From Antechinus flavipes (taxonomy: Eukaryota): a stretch of DNA of 64,000 bases. The notes under the pieces are model-generated. The model ran no database searches. It saw nothing but the letters and a program-made list of their open reading frames with translations, and had not been told where the DNA came from. The position numbers and the translations under genes were made by a program. This document shows, piece after piece, positions 38,301 through 47,782 of the stretch. The first letter of the stretch is position 1. Every line of letters begins with the position of its first letter. The DNA lies in assembly GCF_016432865.1 (NCBI RefSeq), contig NC_067403.1, positions 252,402,001 through 252,466,000 of the forward strand. Reading direction: 5' to 3'.

Positions 38301-39490
38301 CTTGGGATTCTGTTCTCGTGAGTCAGTTCTAATTAATTTACTTGAGTAAACAGATCCATTTGATCTTCCCCGCCCTGCCTTAAGCTCATATTAAGATGTG
38401 GTTCCAAGGAGCCAGGATATGTGAAGGAAGGTTGTGATGTAGCTGAGAATTAGTTCCCCACAGGAACACTAGTTAACTAGTAGGGGAAGCAATATGGCTT
38501 CCTTCTTGGACTGCCATCTTTGGCTCCTGGCCCCTAGAAGCTGATCCCAGAATTCCAAGAGATGGTCCCCGCAGAACCTCTAAATTCTGCTGGCATGGAG
38601 GGCTGCTGACGACCCTGGCAGCCACGTCACGGCGTGCTGACTTCTGACTTCTCGTTTTCCCCTCCTCCCTCGGCCCAGGTTTATTTCTTTTGTAGCGCCT
38701 CTGCCTGCTATCCCTCTGAGACGGAGACCTGCAGGACTGTGTGTCGTCCAGGGGCTACAAGTGAGTTTTTAGGCTTGGGGCTTTGGGGGCATGAGTAACA
38801 GATCGTCCAGTTGGCAGATCTGTCCCTCCCTGCTGGGTTGCTAATGTAATATCTCAGCGGTAGATGGCCAGGGATTTAAACGAGAGACTTCTCTCTTGAC
38901 AGAGCAGCGCCGTTTTGTAGATGAGCACAATGACATGGAAAGTGCCCAGGACATCGTAGGGTCTCCAGGACCGGTGGCATTTGGGGGTCCTAGAGAACAG
39001 AAGATCACCTTACAGAATGAATGTGTGTGATGGAGGTTTGGCGGGGGGAGGGATGAGGAGAGACATAGATCCCCTTGAGTCTGGAACTACCCCAGAATGT
39101 GGCCTTGGAAGGTTCCCTGAGGGAGAAGGAGGTTTCCCCATGACCTGGGTCTATATTTGGTGTGAACCTTGACAAATGTGGCTTAAATGGGTTATTGATC
39201 CCTTTGGCTAAAATCTTGGGACTATGCCGAGTCTTTATTAATGGGAGGGGTTTATAAACCCTATAGCTTCATCCATGGAGGCCGACCCAAAGGGAAGAGC
39301 CATCATCTCCCGACCCAACGTCTCGGAACCCCATCTTCCAGAAGGATCCTCCTGGAACACGATCATGAGACCTTTGCTGTGGGTGACCCTCTGCCTAGTG
39401 GTGATCACCGTTTTCCTGGTGGTGGCAGCCCTCCTTGGAAGGGGCCAGAAGCTTCAAGAGCAGAACAGGGAATGTGAACAAGGTCAATAA
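32133..39490 (+). CDS. ZP1: Zona pellucida glycoprotein 1; join(32133..32301,32549..32670,33275..33593,33765..33935,34555..34742,34822..34919,37129..37256,37346..37535,37621..37765,38679..38760,38903..39022,39342..39490). Junction 11/12 reads as a stop codon in this sequence.
   Basis: Signal peptide, ZP-N1 with five Cys (ECG, NCSIC, GCHV, LICP), Pro/His linker, trefoil, ZP module, EHP ([11 protein letters not shown]) and TM exon. Phases consistent through exon 11; syntenic position. Confidence 0.93.
32549..32670 (+). CDS. ZP1: ZP1 exon 2
   Basis: [18 protein letters not shown]...GCHVTKK|GTGGGC. Confidence 0.95.
33275..33593 (+). CDS. ZP1: ZP1 exon 3
   Basis: [11 protein letters not shown]...TLICPRP plus Pro/His-rich linker; CCAG|GTGAGT. 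Confidence 0.9.
33765..33935 (+). CDS. ZP1: ZP1 exon 4 (trefoil)
   Basis: [13 protein letters not shown]...[10 protein letters not shown]...PCFYGNT; ACAG|GTGCGC. Confidence 0.9.
34183..34342. mobile_element. 160-bp MITE-like DNA transposon in ZP1 intron 4
   Basis: Imperfect terminal inverted repeats CAGCTTCTTAAGCT (34183) / AGCTTAAGAAGACT (34329). No clear TSD. Confidence 0.5.
34555..34742 (+). CDS. ZP1: ZP1 exon 5
   Basis: [16 protein letters not shown]...QCGTSTQ|GTAAGG. Confidence 0.95.
34822..34919 (+). CDS. ZP1: ZP1 exon 6
   Basis: [12 protein letters not shown]...[12 protein letters not shown]; CT|GTGAGT. Confidence 0.95.
35860..36007 (-). mobile_element. WSINE1-like SINE in ZP1 intron 6
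   Basis: ttttgctgaggcaattggagtt..acttgcccagggtcacacaactaggaagtattaagtgtctgaggccagattt..ctagctgcccc, the reverse of a GGGGCAGCTAG-headed SINE typical of Australian marsupials. Confidence 0.75.
37129..37256 (+). CDS. ZP1: ZP1 exon 7
   Basis: [14 protein letters not shown]...[11 protein letters not shown]; A|GTAAGG. Confidence 0.95.
37346..37535 (+). CDS. ZP1: ZP1 exon 8
   Basis: EKYGSYY...[17 protein letters not shown]...CWATPSTNP...QWPLLFD; GG|GTGAGT. Confidence 0.95.
37621..37765 (+). CDS. ZP1: ZP1 exon 9
   Basis: [12 protein letters not shown]...[14 protein letters not shown]...ALGGP|GTAAGA. Confidence 0.95.
38679..38760 (+). CDS. ZP1: ZP1 exon 10
   Basis: [27 protein letters not shown]; A|GTGAGT. 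Confidence 0.95.
38903..39022 (+). CDS. ZP1: ZP1 exon 11 (cleavage site and EHP)
   Basis: [11 protein letters not shown]...[13 protein letters not shown]...ITLQNE. The donor at the homologous position is weak (GAAT|GTGTGT). Confidence 0.75.
39342..39490 (+). CDS. ZP1: ZP1 exon 12 (transmembrane and tail)
   Basis: catcttccag| then [32 protein letters not shown]...GQ*. AATAAA (39486-39491) overlaps the TAA stop. Confidence 0.75.
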
Positions 39491-41299
39491 AACAGAATTT
39501 TGATGTTTTGCACCAACAGTGTCCTGTTCTAAATTGGGGGAGGTTCCTTATGTCTACAATTGGGCACTCTTGCTGACAAAGACCCTGCAAATTTCTGATC
39601 TGATTATGATCAGATGAATCATCTGATTTTCTCGGATGTCCAGCCCATGGCACCTTATAGGATTTGTTCACAGCCCCCTGGTTATAACCTAGGGCTCTTC
39701 TTCATTGTGTAATATGCCGCCTACTAGCCTTTCCTCTCTGTTTTGTCTTGGCTAAAATAGTTCTTTTCTTGAATGTCAATTTGGGTCTTTCAAAAAAGAA
39801 ATTGCCCTAAATCCATCTTCTCTAACCCCCCTTCCTCCCATCCTAAGCACTGCTCTGGCCAAGAGTTTGCTGACCCAAGGCTGGCCATGAGACCACTGGG
39901 GCACAGAGCTCCAGAGATGAAAGATATTTGTTCAGTATTCCCCATAATGCAAAGTAAAATGGCACTGGGGCTGCTATGATGGAGACCCACCTCCCAACCC
40001 CAAAGGGCCTGCAGGCCAATAGCTGTTCCTTCTAACAGGCTTTTTTTGAAGCTAGAATTGACCAGGAACCATATTTCTCCCAGAAAGAGGTGAAGTCACA
40101 TGATTCTCCTGGTTCCCAGGGGTATTCCTTTGTCCTTTAGTATCTCTTGGGGAGGAAGAAAAGGGAGAGCTTTCTTGTTCGAGTAGAACAGCCTGAAGAA
40201 CATGAGCTTCTATTTTTGCATTCATTGTCCCAGTTCCCTTTCCAGAGAAGAGCCTTCTTCCTTTTCATGGCTCTGAACATGGTTGGCCCGTTATGGGGTC
40301 TCACTGGCCAATGGGGGTTAAAGGCTGTTCTTTAAGCAGGTTGTGGGAAACTGGTGACTCAGAGGGCCTCTGACACTGAGCAGGAGAGGGATGAACTGTA
40401 GCCTGGGGCTACAAGAGGGAAGGGACCCAGGGCAGGACAAAGCTGAGTAAAGGGAGAGCCAGATCTAAAAGGCAGGAGGGGCCTGGGGCCAGATGTTTGG
40501 AGAAGGAGCTGGTGGGAAATCTGGACAGGAAAAGGGGGCCTGACTGAGACAGGGTGACTCGGTGAGAACCAAGGGAGGCTAAGGTGGAGACCCAGGGGTG
40601 ACCCCCCCCCAAGAGGACCCGAGCTGGGGAACAGTTTCATTGGTGATCAGGGTGGAAGCAGTGAGCCACTGCCGGTTGTGTGGAAACCTCAGTAATGGTT
40701 TTCTCCAAAGCACACGAGCTGAGAAGCTCCTTAGAAACCATCCGGTCCTACTCCTTCCCCACCTGGAGGGGAAACTGAGGCTCAAAGGGGCCTGGTCATA
40801 ATCACCCAGGAAATGGGGAACACAGACAGATCCAGACTGTTCTTCCCACTGAGTACAGGAACTTAAGTCCTGAAACCCTCCACCAACCGGTGGAAAGCCC
40901 GCCCCAGGAGCCTTCCTAGAAACATAATGGGGTCTCAGTTTACCAGGGACTCGCTATCTTCTCTGTCCGGGAGAAGCCGCTTCTGCAGGTGGCAGAGATC
41001 AAGATGGCTGCCGCGTCCTCTCATCGGGTCTTATCGAGACTTGGTGCCTTCCAGAGCCGTTCGGGGCCGCTCGGAAACCAGAGTCACGTTCGGTGGCGCC
41101 CTTATCCGATCGTGGCTCCGAATTCAGCCGGCATGCATCTGCTCTGGGCCGGCACCTGCTGGTCCTCTCTGGGCTCACTCCCCCGCGCATGAAACAGAAG
41201 GTTCATGGGATGGTGGGTCCAACGGCAAATATTATAACAAACCGGGCTGGGGACACCATGTGACGCCATCCAAGGGCGTAAAACACAGCTTGTGGGGGA

Positions 41300-42500
41300 G
41301 TTGGGCTTAAGTAACAGCCGACATTCATACAGCAAGTGTAGACGGCCAACTGGGTGATGGATCGGTGTATAAAAAAGTTTGAGATTCATGGGTCTAAATA
41401 ATAGCTGACTTATTTAACAAACTGGGCTATGTAGACACCAGGTAACTGGATCATTGATAACAGCCAGTGTGTTAATAAAAAAAAGAAAAAAGAAAGCTTG
41501 TTAGTCATGCATCCAAGTAACAACTGACTTAATGTAACAAGCGGGGCTGTGTAGACACCTGATAATGGGATCACTGATAACAGCCAGTGTATTATTATTA
41601 TTAATAATTATAATAAAAAGCTTGTTAGTCATGTATCCAAGTAACAACTGACAATGTAACAAGCTGGGCTGTGTAGACACCAGATCATGGGATCACTGAT
41701 AACAGCCAGTGTATTATTATTATTAATAATAATTATAATAAAAAGCTTGTTAGTCATGTATCCAAGTAACAACTGACTTAATGTAACAAGCGGGGCTGTG
41801 TAGACACCCGATAATGGGATCACTGATAACAGCCAGTGTATTATTATTATTAATAATTATAATAAAAAGCTTGTTAGTCATGTATCCAAGTAACAACTGA
41901 CTTAATGTAACAAGCGGGGCTGTGTAGACACCAGATAATGGGATCACTGATAACAGCCAGTGTATTAATAATAATAATAATAAAAAGCTCGTTAGTCATG
42001 TATCCAAGTAACAACTGACTTAATGTAACAAGTGGGGCTGTGTAGACACCCGATCATGGGATCACTGATAACAACCAGTGTATTATTATTAATAATAATA
42101 ATAAAAAGCTCGTTAGTCATGTATCTAAGTAACAGCTGACTTAATGTAACAAGTGGGGCTGTGTAGACAGCCAGTATGTTTAAAAAAAAATAAGTTTGTT
42201 AGATTCATGAGTCTAAATAATAACTGACTTAATATAACAAACTGGGCTGTGTAGACACCAGATCATGGGATTACTGATAACAGCCAGTGTATTAATTAAA
42301 AAAAAAAAGCTTGTTAGATTCATGGATCTAAATCATAGCCGAGTTATTTGAATAAGCTGGCCTGTGTAGACACCAGGTAATTGGATCACTGATAACAGCC
42401 AGTTATTAATAAAAGAAGAAAAAAAAGCTACATTTATGGGTCTAAGTAACAGCCGACTTAATTGAGCGAGCTGGGCTGTGTAGACGCCAGGTGGCTGGTA
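41300..42500. repeat. ~120-bp minisatellite, about 10 units (88-127 bp)
   Basis: Anchor GTAGAC(A/G) at 41338, 41431, 41551, 41673, 41800, 41924, 42042, 42163, 42251, 42366 and 42480. Length variation lies mainly in an internal (TAT)n(AAT)n tract. Confidence 0.95.
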
Positions 42501-43099
42501 ACAGTCTTGGGGGTTCCCAGAACTTGGGGTGCTGCCAGCTTTTTCCCTCCTCCCCAGCCCCTCCCCTGTTCAAGATCCGGACGAAAACAGAGTGGTTAAG
42601 TTCCCTCCCCCCTTCACACGATTGGGGCTGGAATCCAAATCCCCCGGGACCTCCCACCTAGCTGCCGCCCCACGGGTCAGTCTACAAGTATCTGTTGCCC
42701 CCTCCCCCCTCCTGCTCTGTCTCTCTCCTGACAGTTGTGGGGCGGCTGGTGGGCACCAGCTGGGGCTCTGATGGGGGAGGGGCTGCCCGTGGAGAGAAAA
42801 GCACCCCCCCTTTCCGGTGACTTTCCCTCTCCTGTTGGTCCTGCTTGGTTTTTGACCCACTGGGCTAAAGCATGAGAGATGGTTATATGGCACAGGGGGT
42901 GGGGCTCGCCATCAGGAAAACGCGAGTTCGAATCCGGCCTCAGACTGGCGGCTCTGGGACCTCAGGGGAGCCCCCCCCGTTTCTGCCTCAGTCTCCCCAT
43001 CTATAAAATGGGGCTCACTGCAGCACCTCCCATCCTGTGGGACTCTGGGTAAGGTGCTTTGCCAGCCTTCTTGCGCTATCAAAATAAGTGGGTTTTATT

Positions 43100-44250
43100 T
43101 TTATTTAAAAGACCTGGGAGACTGAATGCAAATCAAGCCGCTTCTTCCCTTTGGTTTTTGAATCTCTCCCGCCGTTTTCCCCCTTGCTCTGACTTTCTCT
43201 CCCGGCGGGACTCACGCAGCCGTGGGTAGTAAAATAAACTCGCTGCATCAAACAGAAAAGTCTTTTTACCGAGCAGTTGGCGGGGGAGGCAGAGAGTCCT
43301 GGGGGAGGCAGGGAGTCCGGGGGGAGGCAGGGAGTCCGGGGGGAGGCAGGAGTCCCGCCCGAGGCCGGCTCCGCGCCCGACAGACGGACCAGAGCGGGCC
43401 GGGGCCTGGCCAGAGCCTCTCCCGCACGGATTGAGCTTCCGCTCGGGGAGCAGCTCGTTTCTGCCCAAGCCGTAGGCACATCATAAATGCTTGTGGCTTG
43501 GACTAGACGGGAGGGACGGGGGCCCTTCCTTCTGGCCAGTCCGGGCCGGCCCCGGCAGGCGGGAAGCCTCGGGCTCGCGGATTCCCGCTTTGGGCCGGGA
43601 CTTCGAGCAGCACCTAACAACAGCTGGGGGGTAGGGGGCGGAGCTGGGGGGGGCAGCAGGGGGTGGAGTGGAGGGGGGGCGGGCAGCAGGGGGCGAAGGG
43701 GGGCAGCAGCCCCCAAGGCGGAGGGGGATGGTAGCAAGGGATCGCGACAGAGAGCAGCTTGAGGCCCCTCCCCCCAGTACAGAATAGGGGGTGCGTTATC
43801 CCTCGAAAGCTAGTGCCCTAGGGCGGCGCCCTCCCCTTCTTCCCCCCCCCCCACCAACCCCTCCCCGCCCTAGGTGCAGCCGGCCCGGAGCATCGCGTCC
43901 GTGGCCCCCTCCCCTTCCGCGCCATTGCTCCACACCTTGTGTGACTTGAGCCACCGCAGGAGAAAACAGCCGAGTCAGGGGAGATGCGGGCGATAAGCTT
44001 TGTGTGCAAGAGGCAACCACGGGGCCTCTCGGGGGCCAAGGGGCGCTCCGGCACGCTCGGGGCCCTTTTCTCGCCTTCTCATCCTCTCCAGCCCCCGCTG
44101 CCATAGGCCCCCATTCCGCCACTGACCGCAAACCCCCATCTTTCACAGGCAGAGCTGGGCTCCCGGCCCGGGGGAGGGCGCCTTGGGACGCACGTGAGGC
44201 TGGGCTGCCCCGTGGAAAGCTTCCTCGTCACTGCGGCCTGTGAAGCTGCT
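43100..44250. promoter_or_regulatory. Orphan CpG island with G-tracts and a 19-bp x4 repeat (43282-43357)
   Basis: High GC and CpG density, with no recognised gene start. Confidence 0.55.
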
Positions 44251-44267
44251 TTGGGGGGGAAAGTAGC

Positions 44268-44833
44268 CGGGCTAGAAAAGGGGATGGTCCTGGATGGGCT
44301 AGCCTGGCAGTGAGGGGGCCAGGCTAGAAAGGGGGGTGGTCCTGGATGGGCTAGCCTGGCAGTGAGGGAACCAGGCTAGAAAAGGGTGGTCCTGGATGGG
44401 CTAGCCTGGCAGTGAGGGGGCCAGGCTAGAAAAGGGTGGTCCTGGATGGGCTAGCCTGGCAGTGAGGGGGTCAGGCTAGAAAAGGGGATGGTCCTGGATG
44501 GGCTAGCCTGGCAGTGAGGGAACCAGGCTAGAAAGGGGGGTGGTCCTGGATGGGCTAGCCTGGCAGTGAGGGAACTAGGCTAGAAAAGGGTGGTCCTGGA
44601 TGGGCTAGCCTGGCAGTGAGGGGGTCAGGCTAGAAAAGGGGATGGTCCTGGATGGGCTAGCCTGGCAGTGAGGGAACCAGGCTAGAAAGGGGGGTGGTCC
44701 TGGATGGGCTAGCCTGGCAGTGAGGGAACTAGGCTAGAAAGGGGTGGTCCTGGATGGGCTAGCCTGGCAGTGAGGGAACCAGGCTAGAAAAGGGTGGTCC
44801 CGGAAGGGCTAGCCTGGCAGTGAGGGGGCCAGG
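44268..44833. repeat. 50-52-bp G-rich minisatellite, 11 units
   Basis: Unit GGCTAGAAAAGGG(G)(A)TGGTCCTGGATGGGCTAGCCTGGCAGTGAGGG(GG/AA)CCA; GGTCC anchors at 44286, 44338, 44387, 44438, 44490, 44542, 44592, 44644, 44696, 44746 and 44796. Confidence 0.95.
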
Positions 44834-47290
44834 ACCGAGTTCCTGCTATTTGCTCAGTACCTCAGATGTACTTTGTATTCAAATGTGGCCCTAAGCTGGC
44901 AGATCCGTGCTCAAGGTCTATGTCCAGCTCCCTCATTCTACAGATGGGGAAACTGAGACCTGGGAGACGGCCCGATTTGCCCCAGACTTCACAAAGAGGA
45001 AGCATCAGCTGGGATCTGCGCCCCCTCCCCCATCCTCTCCTGCCAATGCTCTTTCGAGATCCAATTTGTGAAGCATTTAGCACAGTGGCCTTAGTAGGTG
45101 CTTAATAAGTGCTGGTCCCCTCCCTCTCTTTGTGCCATGTTGCAAGCCAACCTCAGTTTCCTCATGTGTAAAATGGATCGCATTAAATGATCTCAAGTCC
45201 CCTCGGCTCTGAATCTCTCAGTAAGGGGAATAAACGACACAATTCTTTTTGGCCAATCAGGAAAGGGATGATGGCGGGGCAGGGCAGGGGCACCTGAGGG
45301 GCAGCAGAGGGAAACGCTGGCCAGGGAGGGCGTCGAGGAGCGCTGGCCTGGCTTTGTGGGGACAAGATGAAGGCCTCGGGCCGTCCCCACCGGCTCCCAA
45401 ACGCCGGCCCTCCCGCTGTGGATGTTTTTGGAGCCAGGCCGTTGGATCAGGCAGGCAGGGCCGCTGGTCGGGCCCAGCTCCCCCAGCCCGAGCCTCTCAG
45501 GCCCCCCCAGCCTGAGCCTCTCAGGCCCCCCCAGCCCGAGCCTCTCAGGCTCTCCTGCCGGACCCAATTCGGGGGGCTGTGCTTCAGAAATGGGCCTGCT
45601 CTGGGAATAACTAGAGTGGGGGGAGGGCCGGGGTCCCGCTGTCCGAGGGCACAAGGACCCAGGGGCACCAGCCCGGAGGCTCAGGGAGGGCCTAGATTTG
45701 GGGGCGGGAAGGAACCCCGGGGTTCTCCGCTGCGACCTCCCTGGGCTCATGAGGAGCGAGAGGCGGGGCCTGGTATAAGCAAGTCGGGGCGCCACAGCCG
45801 GGGCAGAGGCTGCTCCCTGCCCAAGCTCAGAACTGGCTGGAGGGCTCCAGGGCTGCCCTGGGCAAGACCTCTGACATCAGGAAGGAAAGCACACAGCCTG
45901 GGGGAGGGCCCTGGTGACCTTGGGAGGCTCCTGTGACCTCGGGATTCTTGGGAGGTTGGAGAGGGGCCACCTCAGGACCCTGGGAGCCCGGTTAAGGAGC
46001 TGTCCAGTCCTCCAAGCCCAGGCTGGGATTCTGGCGCGCAGGCCTACTGCCCTCTTGTGGACATTTTGGAGTATAACCCCGAGCCCAGGACCACCATTGG
46101 GGTTGGTGATTAGGCCAGGCCCAAGGATGAAAGGGGGAGGGATGTGGAGGGGAGGGGGCCGGGGGTAGGAGCCCGTCCCTGGCTGATGGGCAGCCCCCTG
46201 GGTCTGGAACCTCCCTGTGCCCTTCACACTGGCCAGGAGACCCCCGACCTCCTGCCATCTGGGCAAGCCCCTGCCAGGTGCCAGGATGGTTGGGGCTTGG
46301 TCAGGGTTTGGGGCCCCAAGCCCAGCTCGGGGCAGGTTGCCGGTGACCATCCGTCCGGCACTCAAGCGTCCTGCAGTCCAGCTGTGAGCCTGCTGAGTCC
46401 CTAAATTCAGCCTCAGCCTCACCACCTTTAAGCTGGGCAGAAGTGTGCAGGGCCCCCAAATCCCCAAAAAGCACCACGTAAAGGCCGGCCGTTTCGGGGG
46501 AGCTCGTCTTGCCCCCACGCTTCCTGGCTCGGTGACCCTGGGTCGCCGCTGGGCTCCCCTGCCCCTTCCTTACCTGTCATGGGCTGCCAGCAGCACCTGG
46601 GGCTTAAAACAGGTAAGTTTCTGGGAGGGGGACAGCACAGGAAGGTTGGGATTGGAGAAGGCTTAAGGGGCACAAGTGTCGGGAGCCAGGCCGGCCCCTG
46701 GGGCCCAGCTACAGAATCCCAGGGAAGGCTGGAGGGGCACCTGCACCAAGGGTAGCGCCAGGCCCGGGAGGGACCCGGGGTCGAACACCACCCCAGCCAG
46801 GTCACTCCAGGCTCCATTTACTGGGCAATCTCCCCCAAGGCTCCCAAAGATCGGCTCGGGTCGTCTCCAAGCCGGGCCTGGGGTCTCTGGGGAAGCCGAG
46901 CACTGGGTTCAAGCACTGACATGGAGGAGCATCTATCTACCCGATGGTAGGGGGAAAGGGTGTTCTCCCCTCAAGAGTCTCAGGGCAGAGGACAGTCACT
47001 GTTCAGCACTCCCTCCGATTCCCTAGAGCTTGGCTCGGACCTCCCGGTCAGAAAGGCCCCCTGCAGCTCTCCCAGAGGCAGAAATGGAGGCCGGGGGTCC
47101 TGCCATGGGGCATTTGCTCCTTTCCGAAGGCCATCCCTGGGGACCCCAGACCGCCCCCACTGCCTGTGGAGCAAACAGGGGCCCCCAGTCAGGGAGACAG
47201 ACGCCCTCTGCCGAGAGCCCTCCTGCTCTCCCGGGGAAGCTCGGCCCCCTTCCACGGGCGTTTCAGCTACAGAGACCAGAAAACATTCAT

Positions 47291-47306
47291 TTTATTTTTT
47301 TTTAAT
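47291..47306 (-). terminator. PRPF19 polyadenylation signals
   Basis: ATTAAA (47306-47301) and AATAAA (47296-47291) on the minus strand, ~390 nt after the stop. Confidence 0.75.
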
Positions 47307-47684
47307 GAAACTAGATCACTGCTTACAAAAACCTGCCCATGTTCCGCGCCCTCCCCCTGGGCTCGGCCTCCCCGGGAGCCAAAGCAAGCTGGAGACGGGC
47401 AGGCCCGGCCCCTTCTGTGGTGCCCCCGGGGCAATGGCTCATCTTCCCCGAGGGCGCTGGCTCTGGGGCAGGCCCCGTGCCCAGAGGCGGTGGCACAGAG
47501 CAGGGCGACCTCGGCCTCTAGGACAGTGGCTACTGGCCGAGCCACCCTTCAGACCAGAGTGAAATGCTGTGAGTCCCTCCCCAAAGTCCTCCCCCCTCCC
47601 CTCAGTCTCTCTCCCCTTCCCACCCCCCACCCCTAATGCTACCCACTACAGACACAAAGCCTCAGGGTCTGTAGGGGGCAGGGC

Positions 47685-47782
47685 CTACAGGCTGTAGAAC
47701 TTGAGGCTCCTGTCCATGCCGGTGGAAGCGATGAACTTGGCGTGGTGCCCGAAGGCCACCCCCGTGGTCAGGCCACTGTGCT
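47685..47782 (-). CDS. PRPF19: PRPF19 exon 15 (last coding)
   Basis: [32 protein letters not shown]; 98 nt. Confidence 0.95.

Noticed and set aside
41300-42500. CRISPR-like repeat/spacer reading of the 120-bp array
   Set aside because: Eukaryotic locus; linkers are simple AT tracts rather than unique spacers; no cas genes.
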